NCBI GenBank assembly: GCA_030390025.1
Contig: CM059432.1
Coordinates: 135,286,001 to 135,350,000, forward strand
Reading direction: 5' to 3'
DNA: 64,000 bases
Source: Squalus acanthias
Taxonomy: Eukaryota
Of this stretch, positions 1-11,962 are shown piece after piece (the first letter of the stretch is position 1; each line of letters starts with the position of its first letter). The notes under the pieces were generated by a model. The model ran no database searches. It was not told where the DNA came from and worked only from the letters and a program-made list of their open reading frames with translations. A program made the position numbers and the translations under genes.

Positions 1-634
1 CTGAGACAACGTATGAACGGACACCGCGCAACAATCACCAGGCAGGAGTGTTCCCTCCCAGTCGGGGAACACTTCAGCAGTCAAGGACATTCAGCCTCGG
101 ATCTGCGGGTAAGCGTTCTCCAAGGCGGCCTTAGAAACACACGACAACGCAAAATCATCGAGCAGAAACTGATAGCCAAGTTCCGCACTCATGAGGACGG
201 CCTCAACCGGGATCTTGGGTTTATGTCACGATACATGACGTGATCCAGACTCGAGTCGGCGTTGGCTTGTTAACAGATGTGATTCCCAGTAAAAAAGTAA
301 AAAAAATTTAAAGTTTATCGTTTCCCATACTGCGGCTTTTGACACATTGGACCCCCTGTGGCTCCACCTCATTGTCTCAGTTGTATCTTGCTATGTCTTT
401 GATGTGACCTGATTGCCTTTTGTCACACCTCGGCAGATAAACAGTCAGGGTGATTTAAATGTAGTCGTCTGCTTTTGTAAGTAACACATGCATTGTTCTC
501 TATCTATATATGCTTTGGTGATTCTGTATCTCTTTACTTCACCTGAGGAAGGGGCGATCGATAGCTCCGAAAGCTTGTGATTTCAAATAAAACTGTTGGA
601 CTATAACCTGGTGTTGTGCGACTTCTCATTTTTG
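1..634 (+). mobile_element. Penelope-like element (PLE family A) 3' end: C-terminus of GIY-YIG endonuclease ORF plus 3' pseudo-LTR
   Basis: ORF LRQRMNGHR...PVGEHFSSQGHS...RKIIEQKLIAKFRTHEDGLNRD is typical of the PLE GIY-YIG C-terminus; 3' region carries a hammerhead; paralogous to 57103-57630 and 62544-62741. Confidence 0.88.
539..580 (+). ncRNA. Minimal hammerhead ribozyme motif (family A)
   Basis: TCAC-CTGAGGA-A-GGGGC-gatcgata-GCTCC-GAAA-GC-TT-GTGA: stem I TCAC/GTGA, CUGANGA and GAAA core, stem II, palindromic AGCU stem III, CUU triplet. Confidence 0.85.
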
Positions 635-1036
635 CATACATGCAGCCATTTATGTGTCTACCAAAAATGCCATAGCTTAACTCAATAAGAACTATTAATG
701 CATCATGACATAAATGGTATGTGATCTTTGGCCGGAAATCACGCACATCAATGCAAATCACCCATTACATCTATCCCCAACTTCCTCTAATGTACCTGTA
801 TCAATGGCAGTGGACCACCTGTGTTGGAACAACTCAGAGGTTCAGTGCTTTATGAAGCTGTGCCTACCTTTGCTTGTACAGGGCTATGTGATGGCACAAG
901 AGCCTGTAAACGGGCACTGGCGAACTGGTTGCGCCTGGGCTTTGTATGCATGTTGCTGCTCAAAAGCATGAGCTCATGAGGTCCTCTGATTTATGAATGT
1001 AGAACAGTGGGATTTGAGAGTCTTCTGAATCCCTCT

Positions 1037-1540
1037 AATCATAGAACATTACAGCACAGAAGGAGGCCATTCAGCCCATTGTGGCTGTGCCGGCTCTTCG
1101 AAAGAGCTATCCAATTAGTACCATTCCCCTGTTCTTTCCCCATAGCCCTGCAATTTTCTCCCTTTCAAGTATATATCCAATTCCCTTTTAAGTTACTATT
1201 TAATCTGCTTCCACCACCCTTTCAGGCAGTGCATTCCAGATCATAATAACTCAGTGTGAAAAAAAATTCTCCTCATCTCACCTCTGGCTCTTTTGCCAAT
1301 TACCTTAAATCTGTGTCCTCTGGTTACTGACCCTTCTGCCAGTGGAAATAGTTTCTCCTTATTTAATCTATCAAAACCCTTCATGATTTTGAACACCTCT
1401 ATTAACTCTCCCCTTAACCTTCGCTGCTCTAAGGAGAACACTCCCAGTTTCTCCAGTCTCTCCACGTAACTGAAGTCCCTCATCCCTGGTACCATTCTAA
1501 TAAATCTCTTCTTCACTCTCTCCAAGGCCTTGACATCCTT
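1037..1540 (-). mobile_element. CR1 LINE 3' fragment
   Basis: LERVKKRFIRMVPGMRDFSYVERLEKLGVFSLEQRRLRG ORF2 C-terminal motif and CR1 ...TTCTATGATT tail. Confidence 0.9.
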
Positions 1541-2962
1541 GGTTGCTTCTGTGTGTTGTCCAAGAGTTGAACCTATCCACGACTGTTTGAGGCAAGTTCT
1601 CCAGATCATGTTCCACTGCCGTGGGTATCAGTTGTATGGAGGCAAGTGACTGCTCAACATAGTCTCGCCAATGCAGGTTACATCAAGGTCTATGGCTTGT
1701 TGGACCACCACCTTGCACTTGCTTGCCCCTAATCGTCGCCCACCTCTTCTGCTCCTTAATTACTATTCGGACTTCAGCTTTAAGGAAACAGTTCCCGTTC
1801 CATTACAAATTTCATATGGCTTGATTACTCAGTCATGTGACAAGATTGCCTCATTTTGATGGTTATTAATAAGCCAGGTAATATTTCACCACTTAGGCAA
1901 CTCAATTATTAATTACACTATCTGTACTGTTGTCAAAGCCTCAACATATTACGTGCATTATTCATGTAATTCCTATTGCTTTTAAATAATATTGTATCCC
2001 AGAGTCTTTCTGGCGAGGCTGGGGAGGAGTCTAGGAGACAGAAGGCGCTTTTCCCTTCCTTTCTTTTTCTCTCTTTTCCTTCCTGTCAGTGAGATGACGG
2101 AATCCCCAGTCTGTTTCCTCCTGTTTAATCCTGTTGCCTTGGACACCGTGGCAGTTTTCCCAACTCCAAGGGAGTTTTCTGCACCAGCAATCCCCCAGCG
2201 TCTGAGAGCGCAGGGCTGTTTGTGATTGTTTTAGCAAGGCTCCAGATGTTGCTGCTGCTGCTGCTGCTGCATATACAAGGTGGACAGGCGAAATCCAGAG
2301 ATAAAGGCATCAGGGGTTCTGGCCAGTTTGCTTTTGGTCGCTACCAAAAAATGTTGGCTGCTTCTGAGCGATTTTATTCTTCCATCTTGAACATTAGTGC
2401 TGATTTCTTCAACAGGAATGCACAGAAGAGTTATTTTTGGCATTGAACCCCTTCCCCAATAAAGCAACACAAATAACACACTTTTATTGACATTTTTTAT
2501 AAATAAAATCGCAACCAGTCATTAATGCTATTTTTAAACAGTTTATGTCTGAAAAATCACATAGTAAACTTTACTTTGGAAACTCTCCAGTGCCTTTGCA
2601 AATGAATATGTGGCACAAATAGAAAAATGCACCATTTATGCTAAATATTGTTTGTTATTTGTGTATTGTTGCATTCACAGTATTTATGCTACGCATATTT
2701 TTCTAAAACTGACACTGTGATGAGATTGAACAGAAAGATGATTGCACAATGAAATTAATACTATACCAACACAGTCTGATGTTAATCATAACCTTAATGT
2801 GAAAATACAACTTTCAGAGGCAGCAGCAGTTAGCAATATAAGTGTAATTCTTCAAGATGTAGCTTGAGTGAGAGGCCCTGGGGCAACCAGCTAGTAAACA
2901 TTCATGCAGTATTTTCTCTATTGTGTACAATGAGCACTATTAGAAACAGTCTTAACTGTTAA

Positions 2963-3086
2963 GATGTGTGTGTGTGTGTGTGTGTGTGTGTTTGTATGTG
3001 AATGCATCAGTGTGCATATATGTGTGTTGTGTGTGTATGTGTATGTGTGTGTGCATGTGTACATATATATTTGTGTGTGTTTGTGT
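2963..3086. repeat. (TG)n / TGTA microsatellite
   Basis: Direct reading. Confidence 0.95.
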
Positions 3087-3087
3087 C

Positions 3088-4433
3088 CATAACATCGCTC
3101 AACTACGCCCCGCCTCACCTCATCTGCTGTTGAAACCCTCATCCATGCTTTTGTTACCTCTAGACTTGACTATTCCAATGCACACCTGGCTGGCCTCCCA
3201 ACTTCCACCCTCCATGAACTTAAGGGCCTAAAAATTCAGTTGCTTTGAGCCTCTCGTTAGCGCCCTAACAGGGCGCTAATGGGGCACAAAGCAACTAGCG
3301 CCCGGGCGCGGCGCCGCCATCGCCTCCCGCGAAATTCAGTGGGAAGTTAGCGGCAGCGGTAACCGTTAGCTCCCCGCGGCGCTGCGCCGCCGACAATTAC
3401 GTCATCGCCGTGCGCAGCGCCCTGGCCGCGATCTTCGATAGCGCCCCCTGACTTACTGCTGGACACTATGTCTGACGGGGTCAGGGGGGCCTACCTAAGG
3501 CCGGGGCGGTGCTAATTAAAGGGAAGGTGCCGGGCGGCCATTTTTGTTGCTGGCCGCTTGCCAACACCTGCCCCGGCATCCTCTGAAGCCCCCCGCGGGG
3601 TGCCGGCTGTGCTCCGTGAGCCCAGCACTTGTCTTGAGTGCCGGGCTCTTTTGCCGGCACTCCGATCCCTGGTGGCCCAGCTGGGCCCCGGGTCACGCTG
3701 CGCAAGGCCCCTCCCCTTGAAGAAGGGGAGGAAGGCCTGCATTACCGCGGCACGTAGCACCACGATATTCACTCGTAACGCCCCAAGAGGGAGACGGGGT
3801 GCTTCCAGTAACACCCCGCTTCCCTCTTTGGGGAGCTACCGATGAATTTCGACCGCAGGGGTGCTAATTTTTTCGGGATGCTAAAAGTAGCGCCCCGGCG
3901 ACGTTAGCACCCCAAAAGGGGAGCGACTCAATTTTCCCCCCAAGCTCACCCAAAGTCTGCTGCCTGTATCCTAACTCGCACCAAGTTCCGTTCACCCATC
4001 ACCACTGTGCTCGCTGACCTACATTGGCTTCCGGTTAAGCAACACCTCGATTTTAAAATTTGTATCCTTGTTTTCAAATCCCTCAATGACCTTGTCCCTT
4101 CCTATCTCTGTAACCTCCTTCAGCCTTACAACCCTCTGAGATCTCTGCGCTCCTCCAATTCTGGCCTCTTGCACATCCCCGATTTTTACCGCTCCACCAT
4201 TGGCGGCCGTGCCTTCAGCTGCCTAGGCCCGAAGCTCTGGAATTCCCTCCCTAAACCTTTTCTTCTCTCTACCCCTCTTTCCTCCTTTAAGATGCTCTTT
4301 GACCAAGCTTTTGGTCACCTGTCCTAATATCTCCTTATGTGGCTCGGTGTCAAATTTTATCTGATAACCGCTCCTGTGACGCGCCTTGGGACGTTTTAGT
4401 ATGTTAAGGACACTATATAAATACAAGTAGTTG
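3088..4433 (+). mobile_element. L2 LINE 3' fragment, interrupted by a MITE and flanked by TG microsatellite on both sides
   Basis: LADLHWLPVKQHLDFKI...RAFSCLGPKLWNSLP L2 C-terminal motif; tail cactatataaatacaagtagttg. Confidence 0.85.
3225..3941. mobile_element. GC-rich MITE, PIF/Harbinger-like (family H1)
   Basis: Imperfect TIRs ggcctaaaaattcagttg / cgactcaattttcccccc; AAG duplicated at 3222-24 and 3942-44; splits an L2. Confidence 0.75.
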
Positions 4434-4469
4434 TGTGTGTATGTATGTATGAGTGTGCATGTGTATATT

Positions 4470-4522
<53 letters not shown>

Positions 4523-4531
4523 TTGTGTATG
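4434..4531. repeat. (TG)n microsatellite
   Basis: Direct reading. Confidence 0.95.
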
Positions 4532-4737
4532 TAAAAGATAGGCAGAACAACCAAAGGCTCATTTATATATTGTAGCTGCCAGTCTGAGAGTAGTAGCTAC
4601 AGTATAGGTCACAGCTACACAGTACATTGTTTATACTGCCCTTCTCTAATTTGAATTCTAGTGGCCAGGAGAGAGCTCTGCTTATCCTCATGCACAGAGC
4701 TCAGCTCCCAGGCATTAACAATTACATGTATGGAGAG

Positions 4738-4990
4738 ATGATGTGGAGATGCCGGTGTTGGACTGGGGTGGACAGAAGTGAGAAGTCGCACAACACCAGG
4801 TTATAGTCCAACAGCTTTATTTGAAATCACAAGCTTTCGGAGCGGCTGCTCCTTCGTCAGGTGAAGTGAAGAAATGCATATGGGCACAGCATATATAGTC
4901 AGAGAACACTGCCAGACGACTACAGTTAATCTTTCTAACTGCCCTTTATCACACCTCGGCAGAGAGACAATCACGGCAATCAAAGGTATG
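4738..4990 (-). mobile_element. PLE family A pseudo-LTR fragment with 3' tail
   Basis: Reverse complement matches 540-634 and the 35-nt tail at 57720-57754. Right boundary approximate. Confidence 0.82.
4827..4864 (-). ncRNA. Minimal hammerhead ribozyme motif (family A)
   Basis: TCAC-CTGACGA-A-GGAGC-agcc-GCTCC-GAAA-GC-TT-GTGA; intact core and perfect 5-bp stem II. Confidence 0.85.
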
Positions 4991-5861
4991 GATGGTGTCC
5001 AAACAGGTCAGTCAGGAAGACACATGTATGGAGAGCACAGGCAAACAGAGGAAAATGGATGGGCATTCACAACAGATACTACAGCCATGGACTGGAGTTA
5101 TACGCCACCTGAAATCAAGCCTAAGAAGCGGATCTCACATCGCTTCCCTTTAGTGCATCTGGAATCAGGACAGAGCCTAACTCCAGGATTTTAGTAGCAT
5201 TTTCATGTTTTCAGAACCTAAACTGCTCGACATTGACACAAAACTGGTACTATAGGTGCAGCCTTATCTTTCATCTTTTCTGTGCAACACTCACTACTCC
5301 TACTATTCCTTAATGCTTTTATTTCCCTTTGTGTCCTATTTGCTGAGTTTTGGCTCTATATTCCCAGCATTGCATTTTTCACTTTTAAATTATTTTTAAA
5401 CTAGTCACTCAGTTCTCTTTGTGTGTATTTTAACTCCGAGTAATTGTTTCTCTTCTCTATTCTTCTGCTTTCTTTGCTCCTGCCAGTTGTGTGTTATCTT
5501 TGTGTTCCTCGACTTGAAAATGGAAAATTGCAAAACCTCTCTCGCATATTTTTTTGTGAATGGGAATTTTTGCAGGTAGAGAAGGGCACCATGTGGGTTT
5601 GTGAGTGCGAAGCTTCTCGTTGCTTTTTTTTAAAGTGAATGTGAAATTTGAGCTAATCAGTGTGCTTCATATTATATGGACTCTCTGAACACTTTCCAAT
5701 GCCCTACAGTCAAGTTGGATATTTGCCAGGCCCAAAACTTTCAACAGTATACATTTTATGCTTCGCTATTTTTGTTATGCTCTCTGTTCCTAAAATGCAC
5801 CCAAACCTGTTACCCAAAGACTATAAGGTCCAGCACAAATGCTGAATAAACTGAACACAAT

Positions 5862-6536
5862 GGGGGAAAAATTGAGTCGTGCCCCCTTTGGGGCGCTAAC
5901 TTCGCCGGGGCGCTACTTTTAGCACCCCATAAAAATTAGCGCCCCCGCGCCGGAAATTGAGTGGTTGCGCCCCAAGAGGGAAGCGGGGCGCTAATGGAAG
6001 CACCCCGCATCCCTCTTGGGGCACTGCGCATCAATATCGTGGCGCTACGTGCTGCAGCGCCAGGCGCCGCACCGTGGTATTGCAGGCCTTCCTCCCCTTC
6101 TTAAAGGGGAGGAGCCTTGCGCAGCACGAACCGGGAATCGGGAGTGCTGGCAAAAGAGCCCGGCACTCAAGAGAAGTGCCGGGCTCTTGGAGCGCAGCCG
6201 GCACTTCGCAGGGGGGGGGGGGCGGGGGGGGGGGGGGGGGGGCTTCACGGGGACCGGGGACAACAACGGGGGCAGGTGCTGGCAGGCGGCCAGCAACAAA
6301 AATGGCCGCCTGCCACCTCCTCTTTAACTAGCGCCGCCCCGGCCGCTGGTAGGCCCCCCTGAAACTGTCGGACATAGCGTCCGGCGGTAAGTCAAGGGGC
6401 ACTACCGAAGATCGCGGCCGGAGCACGAGCAGAATTTCGCGGGAGGCACCGCACCCGGGCGCTAGTTGTTTTGCGCCCCATTAGCGCCCTCTTAAGGCGA
6501 TAACGGGAGGTGCAAATCAACTGAATTTCCCCCCCC
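5862..6536. mobile_element. GC-rich MITE, PIF/Harbinger-like (family H1), inverted relative to 3225-3941
   Basis: TIRs gggggaaaaattgagtcg / caactgaatttcccccccc; AAT TSD at 5859-61 and 6537-39; internal poly-G at 6211-6242. Confidence 0.8.
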
Positions 6537-6646
6537 AATGTGACTGGTTTGGAAAATTCAGCAACCAATTGAGTTTCACCTTCGTAACGGCTACCGGGTG
6601 GGATCCTCTTCAGTCTGGAGTCTTGTCTTGGATGGCCTGATCTATG

Positions 6647-7029
6647 TAGGGTCACCAACTCTGGTTGGACGTATTCCTGGAGGTTTTATCACGTGACCTC
6701 GTGCCTCCAACCGCCCCGCCCCATACTCCCGCCATTGGTCGCCTAAAACGTCCATCCTCGCAGTTTAGCGCCTTCCCCCACCAATTGGAAGGCAAACAGA
6801 CTCTTCATTACCTGATTGGATGATTCTTGACTGCGTCAAACCGCCTTTTTTCCAATCTCCAATACTTTTCTAACTAATAAATGAAAGTGTTCAAAGAAAA
6901 CAAAAGAAAACCACTTTTCTATTTTAACGCCCCTATGATTTTTCTCCTGGGTCACTCGCAGCAGTGTCCTGGAGATTAATCTTTAATTCCTGGAGACTCC
7001 AGGGCAATCCTGGAGGGTTGGTAACCCCA
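6647..7029. mobile_element. Non-autonomous hAT-type DNA transposon
   Basis: TIRs tagggtcaccaac / gttggtaacccca; degenerate 8-bp TSD gatctatg/gacgtatg; left end recurs at 29686-29737. Confidence 0.7.
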
Positions 7030-8284
7030 GACGTATGGCATTTTCCTAATTGCCTGTGCGATGGATGATGAAATGCCCCTTGCTGGGGAGCTCAGGGGCA
7101 ACACTGCTGCTCCTCACAAAATACTGTTACATTGCACCTTTAAGACCTGATTTTTGTGATGCCAGGGCTACACCCACCTATGGCAAGGCGTTGGTAGCAA
7201 GGAAGGCTGTCCTCACTGAATTAATGAGGCCAGCCTCTGCCTCTCATTTTAACAGGTTCCCAGTGCATGAAAAACAGGGGCAAGGAAGCCTTGCGTTCAG
7301 GCCACTTTCCCCCCCTGGGGGTGTGAGATTGGACCCTGCACTCCTGACAGTTTCATTTGGAGGGTAAACGCTGGTTGGTCCGAATGTCTTGTTTTCAATA
7401 TTGTAACTTCTATGTATTTATTTCAATGATGGGAGCCTGTGGAAGGAATTGGGGGCAGAGAGTGTTTTGGGTGCGCTGCCACAGCCTATATTGTTATTTC
7501 GACTCACTCTGTCTCTCACAGTCAGTAGCGCAGAGGCATACATTGTTCAACAGTAACATGGCAGACAGTATGTTGACATCTTGCCTCTCTTCGAAGACAT
7601 TCCTTCCTAAAACCCATGGAACTCATCTCCCTTTGCTCTTCCCACAGGGCCTTCCCAAGATGAAGTAGCAGCCAGCAAGTGAGCAGCTCGCAGCAGGTTA
7701 CATCACCTGGCATGAGCACCATCACAGATCTTAGAATCCCAGGGCATTTAGATAGAGAGCTTGAGAGGGTGTACCCGGTGAATCAATCCTCACAAGTGCG
7801 GAAGAGCAATTGGAGGTTGGCGGTTCAATAGGAGCAACGTTGCCACCCATGGGCAAAGGCTCCTGTACTCCAGGGGCAAGGGATCGGTGACCTATTAGGA
7901 CCACCTTCAGAAAGGAGGTGATCAATGAGCAGAAGGGCCTTCGTGATATCCTCTCGGGCTGTGTTGAAGACCCTGCAAGGGTTGTTGGTGGCCGTGGAGG
8001 AGTGCACCTCCGACCTCTCAGCAGAGAGGCATGAAAGGGTTTACACAGCTGCAGTGCTCGGTGAAGCGTGCAGCAACATCACAGCAATGTGCCTGGGGTC
8101 CCCAGAGGACAGAGGGGCTAAGCCCAGAGACAGTGTCTCTTACAAACACTGTGACTGGAGCAATGGAGACCGTCGGTTCCAACTTACAGGAGTCTGCCCA
8201 TACCAGGCCGACACAGAATTACACAGAATTTTACAACACAGAAATTCTGATTGTGATGCTGTACGTCAGTCAAAGCAAATCTGA

Positions 8285-8790
8285 ATCACAGTTTTACATC
8301 GAATGTACAGCACAGAAACAGGCCATTCAGCCCAACTGGTCTATGCCGGTGTTTACGCTCCACACGAGCCTCTTCCCATCCCTACTTCATCTCACCCTAT
8401 CAAGATAACCTTCTATTCCTTTCTCTCACATGTGTTTATCTAGCTTCCCCTTAAATGCATCTATGCTATTCACCTCAACTACTCCCCGTGGTCGCGAGTT
8501 CCACATTCTCACCACTCTCTGGGTAAAGATGTTTCTCCTGAATTCCTTATTGGATTTATTAGTGACTGTTGTGTATTTATGGCCCCTAGTTCTGGTCTCC
8601 TCCACAAGTGGAAACATCTTCTCTACTTCTACCCTATCAATCCCCTTCAGAATCTTAAAGACCTCTATCGGGTCACCTCTTAGTTTTCTCTTTTCTAGAG
8701 AAAACAGCCCCAGCCTGTTCAGTCTTTCCTGATAGTTATAACCTCTCAGTCCTGGTATTATCCTTGTGAATCATTTTTGCACCTTCTCCA
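8285..8790 (-). mobile_element. CR1 LINE 3' fragment
   Basis: FPLVEETRTRGHKY...FTQRVVRMWNS motif. Confidence 0.88.
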
Positions 8791-8854
8791 GATTTAAAAG
8801 GCTGAGGGACCTACTCGACAGTGGGATTCAGTGATACCCTCGGGTCTGTTGTCG

Positions 8855-9112
8855 GAGAGAGGATATTTCCATTTGTGGGGGAGACCAGAACTAGGGGCCA
8901 TAAATGAAAGACAGTCATTAATAAATCCAATAGGGATTTCGGGAGAAACTTCTTCACTCAGAGAGTGGTTAGAATGTGGAACTCGCTACCACAAGGAGTG
9001 GTTGAGGCGAATAGCATAGATGCATTTAAGGGGAAGCTAGATAAACACATGAGGGAGAAAGGAATAGAAGGATATGTTGATATGGTTAGATGAAGTAGGG
9101 TGGGAGGAGGCT
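8855..9112 (+). mobile_element. CR1 LINE 3' fragment (same subfamily as 8285-8790, opposite strand)
   Basis: Reverse-complement similarity to ~8390-8620. Confidence 0.82.
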
Positions 9113-10772
9113 AGTCATCCTACAGGGGTGCCCAGCAACTGGGGCATGGCAGGAGAAAGGACAGATGCGTCAACTTCCTTTCAAGCTAACTGCATGTCTG
9201 GAAAACCCATCAGTGCCAGTTCGTGGGCAGGCGCTGGTAGCCACTGCATTCTCATATGTGGATCCAACTATAACAGGGCTATCTCATGACACAATACCAC
9301 CTCCATTTCTGCACAACTGCAGCCTGACACCAGACTTGCCCCTCCCACTCAGGGAGCAGTTCGACACAGCACTGGGTTAGCTAGTTGAGTTTCCTCGGTT
9401 AAACTTTGGATGCGGTTAAGGAATTGGCTGTAAGAGAGGAAGTAGCCGGCATTAGTTAGGGAAACAATGTTGGGCTGGGGAAATGTACAGAATTGCCCGA
9501 GGGGTCGGGGCCGAAGCCCTTTACTATTTCTGCTCTTTAAAGGAGCTGGCGCAGACTCGATGGGCCGAATGGCCTCCTTCTGTGCTGTACTATTCTATGA
9601 TTCTAAACGATCTGGATTCAGAAACGTAAAGTAACTTGATCAAATTCACAGATGATGCTAGATTGGGGAGGGGGAGTCTGATGAAGCAGGTAAGGAGTTA
9701 CAAGATGGAGTTGGACAATATTTTCAAGTGGACAGAACTATAGGGGGTGCTGACAGGTGGGGACAGTGGCACCCCATTAACCTGTCTTCCTCATCAGAAT
9801 GGTGGAGGAGTCCGGGGGGAAATCCCCAAAAGAATTCCTATCCGGAACACTGATGCAAATTCAACTGAACAGCAAGCACCAATTTCTGGAGCGGGGCATC
9901 CCGCGACATACGCCACGAGTTGGACTTTTTCCTGCACCCTCCGCGGCGTATCTCTGAACCCCCTGAATCTGCTGGCCAAGTTGTGCAGTAACAACGCCGT
10001 GCGTCATTCACACACCGTCATTTCTCCAGCAAGATTTTGTTCCAATTATTCTTCGGTTTGTCACTTGTCTTTGCCACAAAGCGCTCTGCTAAATCGGGCG
10101 CGCAGATCTTATGACCCACCCGGCAATAAGTGTCTTCTAAAGCACACCTAACTGCAAGGGGTGCTGACGGTGACGCAAAGAATGTGCAATGTAACTGCGG
10201 CCTAAACAGTGCGAGCTGTGGATTTGGCTTGCGGTGCCGGAGCCGTCGTACGGTTTCACAATGATCCTGTACAGCCACCAAGGCAGTCTCTTGCCCAACT
10301 TTTAAAAATGTCACCTGCATTTTATTCGGAGCTCTGAAGCCCTGTTGAAACAAACACCCACAGGACTCTGCTCTTTCCTGACACTGGGGAGCTACTGGTG
10401 TCAGTGCATAATTGCAGCAAAGGGCACGTGCATTAGATCCCGCCTGGCATAAACTCAGAACAGCTGCTTATTATTCTGGGCGGGAAGGAGTGCTTAAAGA
10501 GAGGCAGTTTAGTTGAAAACTGGTCTTTTTATTTTAAAGTCACATTTTGGAAATGTAAGGAGATAGGTGTTCATATATTTTCCTCATAATCGAAATCAAC
10601 TGTTTTTTTAAAAAAAATTTAAACTTGGCATTAAATGCCCCTTTCCTTGTTCTAACTTACAGCATCAAATGGGTTTTGTGCAAGAAAACGTACACACCAT
10701 TCATTCTCCTAAGATGCCCATTGCACCCATTTCCCCAGCTGCAAACCCGCTACTCTGAAGAATGACAGTCAA

Positions 10773-10789
10773 CAGCGCCGCCTAGTGTC
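10773..10789 (-). promoter_or_regulatory. Candidate CTCF binding site
   Basis: Minus strand gACACTAGGCGGCGCTG resembles the CCASYAGRKGGCRS core; lies in non-repetitive intergenic DNA. Confidence 0.45.
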
Positions 10790-11782
10790 AAAATACCACA
10801 TGTACTTGCCCATTGAAGTTAACTGAAGGGCAGGTTTTTTTTTTCATTGCCAGAAGGATTCAATCTTTTCCTTTTAAACCCTTCCCAGCATCACAAAACA
10901 CGAGCTCCTGCCCCTTAAAGATGTTACATCTAGACGAAAAATTACCCCAGCATTTTCTGTTAAATATAAACATTTTTTCCTCAGCGAATGCCAGTCAGAC
11001 TGCGTACTGTGTGGTGTTAGGTGTAATATACAATGTGCAAATAATGCACGCTGTAAAGTTGCGGTAGGAAGTGTTTTGTGTGTATGTTTTGCGAGGGGCA
11101 GGCAACAAAGAAGCAAAGTGAAAGTGTGCTACACAAACTTTATAAAATTAGTAAATTGCCCGTTAAAAAAGGTGCCTTAAAGGAGCAGGAAAAGATAGTT
11201 TTCCAAAGTGCTATCTAATTTTTTAAAAAGTACTTACAAGAATCTTGTTTGGTTTTTTTTTTCTCCCTTTCGGTTGAGGATTGTCAATCCCAACCATGAT
11301 TTCCCAAGGTTAGCACCTCCGCATCAGGAATCAGACTCGCCCAAAGTGGCTGCTTCTATGGTTTGCAATGCAGTTAGTTGCCTGGGATATACAGTGAAAC
11401 ATCCCATTAGTAACTGGAAACAATTTAATGTGGCACTGATGTCGGGAAGCAATTCTTCACACAAGAATGATCAATACTTGGAATGGTCTCTCAGATAGGG
11501 TAGTGCAGGTAAAAAAATCTGCAATTATTCAAGAGGCGGTTGGATGTAGTGATGGAGGGACCACAGGCTTCTATGAAAGGATGAGCTGGAGAAATTGTCC
11601 AAATGGCTTTCCTCATACATACCGATCTTCATGATGTCACAGAGATGCCTAGTATTTCTGAGATTGTGTTCGCAGTTGTTAATGACAAGAAAACAAAAAA
11701 ATTTTATGAGGAGGAGTGCCACTTTCCCCCTCTACTCCCAGGCTTATTATTGTTTTATCGTAGCACGGCATCTCAGGGACTA

Positions 11783-11962
11783 ATAACAGCAACTTGTATT
11801 TATATAGCGCCTTTAACATAGTAAAACGTCCCAAGGCGCTTCACAGGAGTGATTATCAAACAAAATTTGACACCGAGCCACAAAAGGAGATATTAGGACA
11901 GTAGAGGTAGATTTTAAGGATTGTCTTATAGGAGGAACAAGATCTGGAGAGGCGGAGAGGTT
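11783..11962 (-). mobile_element. L2 3' tail fragment
   Basis: aacttgtatttatatagcgcctttaac...gacaccgagccaca matches the reverse complement of ~4260-4433. Confidence 0.8.

Noticed and set aside
2231..2479. Minus-strand ORF with poly-Gln
   Set aside because: Opposite-strand reading of a short CTG repeat; no supporting homology.
3481..6658. Many overlapping 70-125 aa ORFs
   Set aside because: Stop-poor GC-rich MITE sequence; no transposase or other domain motifs.
7100..8284. Possible decayed Harbinger accessory ORF (7925-8284) and GC-rich remnants
   Set aside because: No diagnostic motif, TIR pair or TSD that I could establish.
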